Source: an uncultured delta proteobacterium
Lineage (GTDB): Bacteria > Myxococcota_A > Polyangia > Polyangiales > Polyangiaceae
Assembly (NCBI GenBank): GCA_963850305.1
Contig: CAWKKR010000011.1
Span: 160,001-224,000 of the forward strand
Length of the DNA: 64,000 bases
Direction: 5' to 3'
The notes beneath the pieces are model-generated. The model was given only the letters and a program-made list of their open reading frames with translations. It had not been told where the DNA came from and made no database searches. Both the position numbers and the translations under genes were made by a program. How positions within the stretch are numbered: the stretch's first letter is position 1; each line of letters begins with the position of its first letter. Shown here in pieces: positions 1-9,169 of this stretch.

Positions 1-2
1 TG

Positions 3-272
3 ACGTCGACGGCGGACCGGAGCTACACGAAGTCGCTCCTCGACGGCGGCGCGGAGAAGATCGGCGAGAAACTCCGGGAAGAAGCGACGGAGCTTGCGGT
101 CTCGCTTGCAAGAGAGACTCCGGAACGGGTGGCGAGCGAAGCCGCCGACCTCCTGTATCACCTGCTGGTGGGCCTGAAGCTCCGCGACGTCCCGCTTCGC
201 CGGGTTATCGAAGTCCTCGCCGAGCGCTCGCAAATGAGCGGGCTCGAAGAAAAGGCGCGCCGGAAGACGTAG
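3..272 (+). CDS. hisE: Phosphoribosyl-ATP pyrophosphatase domain (3' end of hisE/hisIE; partial at window edge)
   Basis: Manual translation of frame 3: SYTKSLLDGGAEKIGEKLREEATELA...VASEAADLLYHLLV, stop TAG at 270-272; typical HisE motifs. Confidence 0.9.
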   Translation, partial: TSTADRSYTKSLLDGGAEKIGEKLREEATELAVSLARETPERVASEAADLLYHLLVGLKLRDVPLRRVIEVLAERSQMSGLEEKARRKT

Positions 273-350
273 CCCCTCGGCCATAAGTTATCGTAACCTG
301 GCCTACCCTGGGCGGTGTTCCGCCCCGATCTGCCGAGCGAGCGATTTCCG

Positions 351-2507
351 ATGTCGAACGTCCTGGTCTTCGAGAGCGATCCCACGTTTGCCAGCGAATT
401 GGCGGGGGAGCTGGAAAAGCGAGGGTGCGCCGTCACCGTGGTGGACGACGCCAGCGTCGGCCTTCAAACGGCAGCGACGAACAAGCCCGACTTGATTCTG
501 CTGACCATCGAGCTGCCACGAATGAATGGCTTTTCGGTGTGCAACAAGCTGAAGCGCGACCCGGCCCTGAAAGAGGTGCCGCTCATCATCATGAGCAGCG
601 ATTCGACGGAGGAGACGTTCGAGCAGCACCGTCGACTCCGGACGCATGCCGAAGACTACGTCCACAAGCCGATTGCGTTCGCCGAGCTCTTGCCGCGCAT
701 CACGACATACGTCGCCCTGGAAAGCGCGGCGGCCGAACCAGCCGGCGAAGACATCGTCATCGACGACGACATCGATTTCGAAGAAGAGACGGCCGTACCC
801 GAGTCCACCGCAGCGCCGGTTTCATCGGCACAAGTGGACGAAGAGGTGGACGCATTCACCGAATCCGCGTTCGGCTCGATGGTGGACAAGACGCCGCCGC
901 CGGCAAAGCCCGACGAACCCGTACCCGAGCCATCGATCCCGGCGCAGTCTGCGCCGCCATCCACGGTGGATCTGGAGGCCTTCGACCTCGAAGCCGAACC
1001 GCCGCCGTCGAAGGGTGCGCCCGCCGAGATTGCCCCCGAAGCGCCTTCGCCGCCCGCACAACCCGCGCCGCCTCCGGGCGCGGAGCTCGTCGCCAAACCG
1101 CCCGCGTCGATTCCTCCACGCCCGCGTTCGGAGAGCATCGATCAAGCGCTCAAGGACCAGCTCGCACAGAAGACAGAGAAGCTTCGCGAGCTCGAGAAGG
1201 ACCTGCGCGAAGCGCGGTCGCAGCTCTCTGACCTCGAGGATCAAGCGAAGCGCGCTGCCTCGAAGGATTCCGAGGTGCAACGCCTGCAACGCGAACTCGA
1301 CGACGCGAAGGCGAAGGCGGCAAGCGGTGGCAAAGGCGGCGGCTCGGCTCGAGAGTTTCTCGACCTCCGGGAAGCGCTCAACAAGAAGGACAAGGAGCTC
1401 CTCGATCTTCGAGATCAGCTCACGCACAAGGAGAAGGACCTTCTTGGTCTGCGCGACACGAATCTCGCTGCAGAGCGCGAGAAGGCGGACCTTGGCGATC
1501 GTATCGTCGACCTCGAGAAGATGCTGGCGGACGTCGGTCGCCAGCTCGACGGCGCGAAGGCGGACAAGGAGCAGGCCAGCAAGCGCGCGGACGACTTCAA
1601 GCGGAAGAGCGAGAAGCTACAATCCGAACTCGACGCGAAGACCTCCGAGCTGGCGGACACGAAGCTAAGGTTCGAATCGGATGTGGCGGCCCGCGACGCC
1701 CGCGAAGCCGCGCTCGTCGCGGATCATCAGGAAGCCCTGGAGCGCGCCGAAGAGGCGAAGAACGCTGCCGTCGCCGCCGCGATGGAACAGGCTGCGACTG
1801 CCACTCGGGCAGAGGCCGACGCGGAGAAGGAAGCCGCCCTGGCGGAGTCCGCTACGCGAGCGACCCGGGAGCGCGAGCAGGCCATCGCGTCTCGCGAGGC
1901 CGAGCTGAAGCGCGAGCATGATTCCAAGCTGGCCGCGCTCCATCGAGCCAACGAGGATGCGATGGGCAAGCTCCGCGCAGAGCACGCTCAAATCCTCTCC
2001 GACGCGGAGAAGGCCGCCAGCGCACGCCTGTCCGAGGCCGAGCTTGCAGCAGAGACCCGGGCGAACGCTCAAGAGGAGAAACTCATCGCAGCCCACGAAG
2101 CCGTCGTCGCCGAGCATCGCACGGCCCACGCCGCAACGCTGGCGGAGCTGGCGAGCACGACGACCGCTCTCGAGAAGCTCACGGAGGAAAAGGCCCAGGC
2201 AGAAGTCAGCCGCGACGCGCGTATCGCCGCCCTGGAAGGCGACCTCGCCGACCACGGTCAGCGGCTCGCTGCCACGACGAGTAGCCTGGAAGCACGCGAC
2301 GCGACGCTCGCCGGAGCAGAAGCGAACCTCGCGGCGACGAAGCAGGAGCTCGTGGAGGCCCGCGCCGACCTCGCCGCGGAACGAGCCAAGAACGAAAAGG
2401 CGCGGGCCAAGTGGACCGACGACAAATCTTCCCTGGAGCGAGCGAAGGATGCGCTCGCGGCGGCGCTGGCGCAGCTCGATGAAGTCGAGGGACGACCGAT
2501 CGAGTGA
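351..2507 (+). CDS. Pseudo-receiver domain + Pro/acidic linker + long coiled coil (FrzS/AglZ-like motility regulator)
   Basis: N-terminal REC (VLVFESD...PDLILLTIELPRMNGFSVCNKLK...QHRRLRTHAEDYVHKP) with Thr at the phospho-Asp position; about 450 aa of heptad coiled coil. ATG 351 preferred over GTG 315. Confidence 0.75.
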   Translation: MSNVLVFESDPTFASELAGELEKRGCAVTVVDDASVGLQTAATNKPDLILLTIELPRMNGFSVCNKLKRDPALKEVPLIIMSSDSTEETFEQHRRLRTHAEDYVHKPIAFAELLPRITTYVALESAAAEPAGEDIVIDDDIDFEEETAVPESTAAPVSSAQVDEEVDAFTESAFGSMVDKTPPPAKPDEPVPEPSIPAQSAPPSTVDLEAFDLEAEPPPSKGAPAEIAPEAPSPPAQPAPPPGAELVAKPPASIPPRPRSESIDQALKDQLAQKTEKLRELEKDLREARSQLSDLEDQAKRAASKDSEVQRLQRELDDAKAKAASGGKGGGSAREFLDLREALNKKDKELLDLRDQLTHKEKDLLGLRDTNLAAEREKADLGDRIVDLEKMLADVGRQLDGAKADKEQASKRADDFKRKSEKLQSELDAKTSELADTKLRFESDVAARDAREAALVADHQEALERAEEAKNAAVAAAMEQAATATRAEADAEKEAALAESATRATREREQAIASREAELKREHDSKLAALHRANEDAMGKLRAEHAQILSDAEKAASARLSEAELAAETRANAQEEKLIAAHEAVVAEHRTAHAATLAELASTTTALEKLTEEKAQAEVSRDARIAALEGDLADHGQRLAATTSSLEARDATLAGAEANLAATKQELVEARADLAAERAKNEKARAKWTDDKSSLERAKDALAAALAQLDEVEGRPIE

Positions 2508-2532
2508 ACCGTGCGAGGTGTTCCCGTAGAGC

Positions 2533-2961
2533 TCAGGCTTTGCGTGCGAACACGAACGGGTCGGGCAAAAGAACGTCCAGGGTGGTGTGCTTCGTACGAG
2601 TCGGCGTCGCGCTCACGACCCTGGCGCCTCGACCAAATTCCGCAATGACCTGTCGACAGATGCCGCAGGGCATGGCCGGCTCGGGTGCCTCGACGTAAAT
2701 GACGACGCTCACGAGCTCCTTGTCGCCACTTGCGATCATCTGGGCAATCGCGGCTCGCTCGGCGCACAGCGTCGCGCCGAAGCTTGCGTTCTCGATATTG
2801 CAACCGACGTAGATTTGCCCCGACGCGGAAAGCACTGCAGCGCCCACCCGAAATCCGGAATGGGGCGCGTACGCCTTGTCGCGAACGGCGCGGGCGGATT
2901 CGATCAGTGCCTCGGTCAGCTCGTCTTCCAAGAGCTCACCCTTCCGTGGCCATCGCCGCAC
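2533..2961 (-). CDS. cdd: Cytidine deaminase
   Basis: AYAPHSGFRVGAA, GCNIENASFGATLCAERAA and PCGICRQ zinc motifs. Confidence 0.95.
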   Translation of the reverse strand: MRRWPRKGELLEDELTEALIESARAVRDKAYAPHSGFRVGAAVLSASGQIYVGCNIENASFGATLCAERAAIAQMIASGDKELVSVVIYVEAPEPAMPCGICRQVIAEFGRGARVVSATPTRTKHTTLDVLLPDPFVFARKA

Positions 2962-3781
2962 ACCCGAGGACCCATTCGCGAAGAAACGCTTCGAAATCCC
3001 GCTGCGCGCGCTGCGCGGCAGACTGAACGCTTGCGTGATCGAGGTACCCTCTCGAAAGTCCTGCAGCGAGGTTCGTGATGCAGCTCACGGCTGCCACTCG
3101 AACGCCAGCGTGGCGAAGCGCTATGGTCTCGAGGACGGTACTCATGCCGACGGCGTCGGCGCCTAGCGTACGCAGCATCCGGACCTCGGCGGGCGTTTCG
3201 TAGCTCGGGCCGACCAGACCGGCATAGACTCCTTCATGCAGGACGACTTTCGCTCGCGCGGCGGCAGCTCGCGCGGCGGCGCAAAGCTCTTCGTCGTAGG
3301 CGTGGGTGAGATCGACGAAGGGCTCGGCGATGCCTTCCAGAGGATTGCGGCCGGTCAGATTCAGGTGATCCGTGACGAGCAGGAAGGAACCGGGCGAGAG
3401 CCCTTCCCGGATCCCGCCGGCTGCATTCGTGAGCAGCACCGACCGACAGCCGAGCGCGGCGAGTACGCGGCATGCGAAAACCACGTCCTTCACGGCGTGC
3501 CCTTCGTACAGGTGAACACGTCCTTGCAAGCACGCGAGCCGCACGCCTCCGATGGCACCGAAGCACAGACCGCCGGAGTGTCCCGCAACGGTGGGCGAGC
3601 GAAAGTGCGGGATCGAGGACACGGGCACCCGCACGAGCGCGTCGAGACGATCGGCGAATGCTCCCAGTCCGGACCCCAGAACGACGCCCATCGCGGCGCG
3701 CGGCACCCCGGACTCGCGCAGCGCCACGACGGCATCGGACACGCGGGCATCGGCTACCACTTCCGTCATCTGGTACCTCAC
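2936..3781 (-). CDS. punA: Purine nucleoside phosphorylase (trimeric PNP family)
   Basis: GVVLGSGLG, QGRVHLYEG, TNAAGG, GPSYETPAE, GADAVGMST motifs; overlaps cdd. Confidence 0.9.
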   Translation of the reverse strand: MRYQMTEVVADARVSDAVVALRESGVPRAAMGVVLGSGLGAFADRLDALVRVPVSSIPHFRSPTVAGHSGGLCFGAIGGVRLACLQGRVHLYEGHAVKDVVFACRVLAALGCRSVLLTNAAGGIREGLSPGSFLLVTDHLNLTGRNPLEGIAEPFVDLTHAYDEELCAAARAAAARAKVVLHEGVYAGLVGPSYETPAEVRMLRTLGADAVGMSTVLETIALRHAGVRVAAVSCITNLAAGLSRGYLDHASVQSAAQRAQRDFEAFLREWVLGCAAMATEG

Positions 3782-3906
3782 CCTGCGATCGCGAGCGCCG
3801 GGTGCAAAGGTGCTTAAAGGGCCGAGGCCCGCTCGAGCAAGCTGTGCTAGGGTCCGCCACCAGTCGCGCGCAAGACACGGCGCATTCGTTCAGCGGCCCA
3901 AGAACC

Positions 3907-4236
3907 ATGGCATCGAAGTTTTCAGAGTTCCTTCAGACCCATAAAATCGACGTTCGGCGACTCGTTATCGCCTCCCAGCGGAGCGAGAAGCTCCAGCCGG
4001 AGGACCGCGCCGTCAAGCTGCGGAAACGGCTGGCGAAATCCAAAGAGGGTGGAGCTGTGGCCGAAGGCGAGAGCAAGAAACCGCGTTCGGGTCGGCCCGT
4101 GACGGTCCAGCTCCTCCGCAAAGCAACCGAGGGGAAGCCGGTGACGGGCGCGGCGAAAACGCGCCTCCTCCGCGCGGTGAATCTGATCCTCGAGCAGAAG
4201 AAGCAAGCGACCGTCGACCTGCGGAAGCTCTTCTGA
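3907..4236 (+). CDS. Small basic hypothetical protein (109 aa)
   Basis: ATG 3907 MASKFSEFLQ...VDLRKLF inside the 3472..4236 ORF; Lys/Arg-rich; TGTGCTAGGGT extended -10-like motif upstream at about 3843. Confidence 0.7.
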   Translation: MASKFSEFLQTHKIDVRRLVIASQRSEKLQPEDRAVKLRKRLAKSKEGGAVAEGESKKPRSGRPVTVQLLRKATEGKPVTGAAKTRLLRAVNLILEQKKQATVDLRKLF

Positions 4237-4317
4237 CGCGGCTCGTCGCACGGGTCGAATCCCGTCTCGAAACGATGATTTGAAAACTGCCGCACTCGTC
4301 TGCATCGAAGAGAAACG

Positions 4318-5028
4318 ATGCCGGACGTCTTGGCGCTCGAGCGGTGGGCCTCGGTGGCTCCTGCGGTTTCGCGGGAGCACCAGTCGACTCGGCCGGCTAA
4401 GATCGGGGCCGTGAACGATTCGTCGCTGCTCGTATCGCTCTGCCGCGACGGTGATGCGGCGGCGTTCCGCGAGCTGTTCCGCGAGCACCGGCAGGACGTC
4501 GCGCGCCTGATCTACCGAATGACGGGGACCTCGCGCGATCTCGAGGATCTCGTTCAGGAGGTGTTCCTGCAGGTGCATCGGAGCATCCCGGACTTCCGCG
4601 GCGAGGCGCGCTTTTCGACGTGGCTCTACCGGCTCACCGTCAACGTCGTTCTGATGCAACGACGCTCGTCGAAGAGCCGCCCGCAGCTCGTCGCGGAGGG
4701 CGTCACTGCGCCGCCGAGAGATCCCCTTTTGCTTCCCGACGAGCAGGTGGCACGCGGGCGTCGCATCGCGGCCTTCTACCGGGTGCTCGAGCGCCTGAGC
4801 GAAAAGAAGCGCACGGTTTTCGTGCTGCACGAGCTCGAGGGGCTCGCCCCGTCGGAAATTTCGAAAATAGTGCGCGCGCCCGTTCTGACGGTGAGGACGC
4901 GTCTGTTCTACGCGCGCCGCGAGCTGGCGCAGTTATCGAGAGAAGAGCCCTCACTCGCGGACGTCCGATCCGATCCGACCACTGAAGCGGACATTTCTGC
5001 GGACAGCGTTCCCGAAAGGATCACGTGA
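4318..5028 (+). CDS. ECF RNA polymerase sigma factor
   Basis: Region 2 (DLEDLVQEVFLQV...FSTWLYRLTVN) and region 4 (VFVLHELEGL...EIS...TVRTRLFYAR); start may be GTG 4411. Confidence 0.92.
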   Translation: MPDVLALERWASVAPAVSREHQSTRPAKIGAVNDSSLLVSLCRDGDAAAFRELFREHRQDVARLIYRMTGTSRDLEDLVQEVFLQVHRSIPDFRGEARFSTWLYRLTVNVVLMQRRSSKSRPQLVAEGVTAPPRDPLLLPDEQVARGRRIAAFYRVLERLSEKKRTVFVLHELEGLAPSEISKIVRAPVLTVRTRLFYARRELAQLSREEPSLADVRSDPTTEADISADSVPERIT

Positions 5029-6110
5029 ACCGCAACGAGCGAGCCGCGACCGCGATCTCGGAGATTGCATCGGAGATCCGACGTCAGGTTCCCCCCGAGC
5101 TCGACTGGGTCCGCGTGGAAACGGCGCTGTTTGCGCACACCGGAAGAGCGCCGGCCTCTCGACCGAAGCCGTCGCGATGGCCGTTTGGCTTGGCGTTCGC
5201 CGCGACGCTCGGAGTCGCGGTTTTCGGCGTGGCCCTCGCGTGGCGTCATCCGGCGCCGGTTCGCGCCGCGAACCGACCGTCGAGCCCGGCCGCCGTGGAG
5301 AGCGTCAACACCCTGGACGGCGACTCGCTGGCGATCGGCGCGACCATTCTCGCAAGCACGGGCCCGCTTCGAATCGAGCATCGCGGCCACGCGACGTGGA
5401 CGCTCGATGGCGACAGCGAGGCGCACCTCGAGTCACTCGGCGATGTCGTCACCGTCGTACTCGATCGCGGCGCGTTGTCGGCGCGGGTCGTGAAGAGTCC
5501 GCGGCCGGAGTCGTTCGTCGTGCGGGTCGAGAAGACGCGGATCGCCGTTCACGGGACGGCATTCCGCGTGGAACGCCTCGGTTCCACCGTGCGAATCGCG
5601 GTAACGGAGGGCGTCGTGGGCGTCGGCCCCATCGGGCAAGCTCCGTTCGAGCTTCCAGCGCCATCGAAGGCGACGGTCACGCTGGACGGGATCCGGGTGG
5701 ACCAGGCGGGAGCCTCCAGACGACCCGCGGTTCAGGACGGACCGCACCCCGCCACGGAGGACGGGCGCGGAGTCCCCCCGCCAGCCGCGGGAACGACCGA
5801 GGAGGAGGCGACGGCTACGACGGCAGCGGGCACCCCCGCCGGAGTCGCCCGCATGAGCGTCGATCGCGTCGAGTCGGTCGTTCGGGAATGCTTCGCCAAA
5901 CACACGATGTCTCGGGGCGATCTTCGGATCACACTTCGCACGTCGATGTCACTGCGCGCCAGTTCGACCGGCAAGATTATCGAGGCTGCATTCGATCCGC
6001 CGCTCGCCGATGGTGTGCGAACCTGTGTCGACGTCGGCGTCAGGCAGATTCATCTTGCATCGCCGAGTGGCGGCCTCTCGGTGGAACGAGTCCTGGAACT
6101 CGAGCGCTAA
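5025..6110 (+). CDS. FecR-domain membrane anti-sigma factor
   Basis: GTGA overlap with the sigma gene; one TM helix; FecR motif (VHGTAFRV...VTEGVV); C-terminal Cys pair. Confidence 0.8.
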   Translation: MNRNERAATAISEIASEIRRQVPPELDWVRVETALFAHTGRAPASRPKPSRWPFGLAFAATLGVAVFGVALAWRHPAPVRAANRPSSPAAVESVNTLDGDSLAIGATILASTGPLRIEHRGHATWTLDGDSEAHLESLGDVVTVVLDRGALSARVVKSPRPESFVVRVEKTRIAVHGTAFRVERLGSTVRIAVTEGVVGVGPIGQAPFELPAPSKATVTLDGIRVDQAGASRRPAVQDGPHPATEDGRGVPPPAAGTTEEEATATTAAGTPAGVARMSVDRVESVVRECFAKHTMSRGDLRITLRTSMSLRASSTGKIIEAAFDPPLADGVRTCVDVGVRQIHLASPSGGLSVERVLELER

Positions 6111-6140
6111 GCGGGAGCCGCGCCGCAGGCTCGTGACCCC

Positions 6141-6542
6141 TCACTCCTCCCGGCGGAGGATGATGCTGCGCCGCTCGTCCAGGTGCCACTTCAGGTAGCG
6201 ATCCCCGTCGAGAGAGAGACGAGTTTGCGTCGTAGATCCCTTGTCGTCGCGCACGGCGAGCAGGAAATCGCCGTCGTGCGCCGACTGGATGTCGTAGCGC
6301 CCCTTCCGCGGGTCTTCCGCGGGAATCGCGACGGTCAGCGCTGAGCCGGAAAATTCGAGGCTGGCGCCCCGCGCCCATCCGGTCGCGACGGCGACGTCCG
6401 CGGGGTCGAAATTCTCGACGCTGTCGCCGAACCACCTGCCCTGGAGTGCACGTTCGGCCGGGTGCGCGCAGCCGGCCAGGAAGGTTGTGCCGAGCAGCAG
6501 GAGGCCGACAGCGGATCGCTTTGCGTGGTTAGAACGTCGCAT
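6141..6542 (-). CDS. Hypothetical lipoprotein
   Basis: Lipobox FLAGC after a hydrophobic stretch; LQGRWFG followed by a beta-rich (lipocalin-like) body. Confidence 0.65.
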   Translation of the reverse strand: MRRSNHAKRSAVGLLLLGTTFLAGCAHPAERALQGRWFGDSVENFDPADVAVATGWARGASLEFSGSALTVAIPAEDPRKGRYDIQSAHDGDFLLAVRDDKGSTTQTRLSLDGDRYLKWHLDERRSIILRREE

Positions 6543-6650
6543 TTTCTTCGCCTGGAATGGTAAGCGACACACCTACATGTGCGCCACATTTCGCACATGA
6601 CGATTCGCCAGGAGTTCGCCCGTCCGATGAGGCTGGGACATGGTGGGGCC

Positions 6651-7043
6651 GTGCTCGGATTGCATTGGGTTGCCGACGCCGCTGGCTGCGATCCCGATCG
6701 ATTGTCGCGAGAGGGCGTTCAAGAAGCGCTTATCGATCTCCCGATCCGGCTTGGGCTCATACCTCTCGGACGCCCTTCGCTTTCGGAGGATCGCGTCGGC
6801 GGAGCCACGGCCATCGCCGGCGTGGTGCTGCTCGGAGAGAGTCACGCCAGCTGCCATTCGTTCCCCGACGACGGCGCGCTTCACCTGGATCTGTTCTCGT
6901 GCAAGCCGTTCGACGTCGAGACTGCCAGACGGTACGTGCTGAGACACTTCGGGGCCGCAGAGCTCCGCGACAGTGTGCTCCGGCGCGGCGTGGCGGAGAG
7001 CCGCCACCACGCGGCTCCGGCGTTGATCCGGCGCGTCCGCTGA
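6651..7043 (+). CDS. speD: S-adenosylmethionine decarboxylase proenzyme family (pyruvoyl-dependent)
   Basis: GLHWVADAAGC, VVLLGE/SHASCHSFP autocleavage site, DLFSCK motif. Confidence 0.8.
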   Translation: MLGLHWVADAAGCDPDRLSREGVQEALIDLPIRLGLIPLGRPSLSEDRVGGATAIAGVVLLGESHASCHSFPDDGALHLDLFSCKPFDVETARRYVLRHFGAAELRDSVLRRGVAESRHHAAPALIRRVR

Positions 7044-7128
7044 CCCGGAGGTCCCCGGGGCCACCCGACTCCGGCTGCCGCTCTTATCTCGCGCGCCCAT
7101 TGTCGCTGAAGCGCTGACGCCGGCGCGG

Positions 7129-8148
7129 TCATTTGCAGCAACGCACGCCGAGCGAATAGTCGTAATAGTCGTAGCCGTGCACGTCGATGCGGGCGTCGCA
7201 TCCCTCCCGCGTACTCCGCGAGTAGAACCCGCCCAGGAACGTGCCGTCGGGATCGTCAATCCATTCGTCCAGGTTCCCGACCATGTCGTAAATGGCGTCT
7301 GCACCCCACTCGCTCTTGCAATCGGGAGTCGTGCCCGTCGGACGAAGCAACGGCTCGACCCCCTCCGCGACGAGATTCAGGCGAGGATCCATGTGTCCCA
7401 CGGAAGGATCTCCGTGCAGCACGCGCGCCGGATGGGTGCCGCGGAATACGTTGCATCGACCCTCCTGGTACCGGTCGCCGTACGGGAACTTGCGGTTCTT
7501 CGCGCCGCGGCACGCGACCACCCACTCTTCTTCGGTGCAGAGCCGCTTGCCCGCCCGAGCGCACGCCAGCTCCGCCCCCGCGCCACTGAGGTATCCGTTA
7601 GGAACGACGTTCGCGACGGAAGCCGCCATTGGTTCGAAGGATTGGGCTTCGAGCTCCCATAACGGAGGGGCCGGCACGGGCATGGTGCGTCCTTCAATGG
7701 TCTTCGCTAGAGGCATGAGACGCGGCCATCGCTCGAACGCCAGACGCGTCGCGTCGGCGGTCGGGTGATAATACGGGGACAGCGACTGACCGGTGCGCAC
7801 GTCCACGAGCGTCGCTTCGTATCGGTCGACGCAAACGCGTCCCAGGACGTCAACCATGTCCTTCGGACAGCGGCGGTGCGCTGCCGGGGGCGGCGACGGC
7901 ACGGTTGGCGCGAGTGGGAGCTCCGCGCTCGCGTCAGGGAGGTAGAGCGGCCGCGGCCGCGGCGCCGGGGCTGCGTCGCGAGGCGCCGCGCGCGCGCTCG
8001 AAGCAGGCGGTGGACGCTTCTCGGGAGCGCGCGAACACCCGAAGGTCGCGAGGCCCGCCGCGCTCAGCGCGCCGATGGCGGCGCTCGCGAAGAACCGTGC
8101 GCGATCGCCGTGCCATCCGGATCCGCGACGCGACCGCCCGGGGGTCAC
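7129..8148 (-). CDS. FGE-sulfatase (SUMF1/EgtB/PvdO) domain lipoprotein
   Basis: VCVDRYE, GKRLCTEEEW..AC, IYDMVGNLDEW, LGVRCC; lipobox-like TFGC. Confidence 0.85.
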   Translation of the reverse strand: MTPGRSRRGSGWHGDRARFFASAAIGALSAAGLATFGCSRAPEKRPPPASSARAAPRDAAPAPRPRPLYLPDASAELPLAPTVPSPPPAAHRRCPKDMVDVLGRVCVDRYEATLVDVRTGQSLSPYYHPTADATRLAFERWPRLMPLAKTIEGRTMPVPAPPLWELEAQSFEPMAASVANVVPNGYLSGAGAELACARAGKRLCTEEEWVVACRGAKNRKFPYGDRYQEGRCNVFRGTHPARVLHGDPSVGHMDPRLNLVAEGVEPLLRPTGTTPDCKSEWGADAIYDMVGNLDEWIDDPDGTFLGGFYSRSTREGCDARIDVHGYDYYDYSLGVRCCK

Positions 8149-8366
8149 TTCCCGCGATAGACGATGAGTCCGTGAGACAGGTCGTACGGAGAAACCGCGA
8201 CGCGCACACGATCTCCGGGAAGCACACGGATGTGATGGCGGCGCATACGACCCGACAGCTGAGCGCGCACCATGGCACCCCCCTGATCGACCTTGATCGT
8301 GTACTGGCCACCGCCGAGGGCGTCTTGAATGACGCCTTCCATCTCGAGAAGGTCACCCTTACTCAT
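8145..8366 (-). CDS. infA: Translation initiation factor IF-1
   Basis: MSKGDLLEMEGVI...AQLSGRMRRHHIRVLPGDRVRVAVSPYDLSHGLIVYR. Confidence 0.97.
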   Translation of the reverse strand: MSKGDLLEMEGVIQDALGGGQYTIKVDQGGAMVRAQLSGRMRRHHIRVLPGDRVRVAVSPYDLSHGLIVYRGK

Positions 8367-8475
8367 GTTTTAGGAGCTCGAAACATCTTCAAAAAAGCCG
8401 CGCGGAAGCTCCCATAGCCCCGGCGGGAGCGCAAGATGGCACAAGGGCGGCGGTTCGGCTAGCGTCCGCGGGCGT

Positions 8476-9169
8476 TTGTTTCCCGCGACGATCTTCGACT
8501 ACAACGGCGTGCTGGTGGACGACGAGCTCGTTCACCTCGCCTCCTTTCAGGATGTCCTCGGCACGCTCGGCCTCACGTTGTCGGAGGCCGACTACTGGGA
8601 GAGGTATCTGGGTTTCGACGACCGGGGCGCGTTCGAAGCCATCCTCATCGACAACGGCCGCAGCGCCTCCGAGGCGGAGGTGCGTCGTCTCGTGGAAGCC
8701 AAGCGGCCGAGTTATCTCGCGCGGGCCCGTGACGGCCTCCGGACCTTTCCTGGAGCGGGCGAGCTCGTACGGCGGCGGGCGGCGGGCGGCCCGGTCGTCA
8801 TCGTTTCGGGGGCGCTCCGCCCGGAGATCGAGCACGGCCTGTCGGTTCTCGGCGTCTCGGCCTCCGTGGCCGCGATCGTCTCGGCGGAAGACACGACGCG
8901 CTCCAAGCCGGACAGCGAAGGCTACGTGCTCGGCGTCCAGGCGCTCGCCCGGCACATCGACCGAGCTGCGGCTGCCCGCGCCGTGGTGATCGAAGATTCG
9001 ATCTCCGGTGTGGAGGCAGCCAAGGCCGCCGGCCTCGCGTGCGTCGCGGTCGGGCACAGTTATCCCCTGCCGGACCTGGCGCGCGCCGGCGCCGATCTCG
9101 ACGGTTCCGAAGATCTCGGACGTCACTGACGAAGCGCTCGACGCATTGTGTCGTCGTGTGAACAGGTGA
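8476..9169 (+). CDS. HAD-family phosphatase (apparent +1 frameshift near 9100)
   Basis: IFDYNGVLVD, SKPD, VIEDSISG. Removing one base at about 9100 gives ...ADLTVPKISDVTDEALDALCRRVNR* with TGA overlapping the next ATG (9167-9171). Confidence 0.85.

Noticed and set aside
425..2529. Long Arg/Pro-rich alternative-frame and antisense ORFs (here and throughout the window)
   Set aside because: Shadow ORFs typical of high-GC DNA, overlapping well-supported genes.
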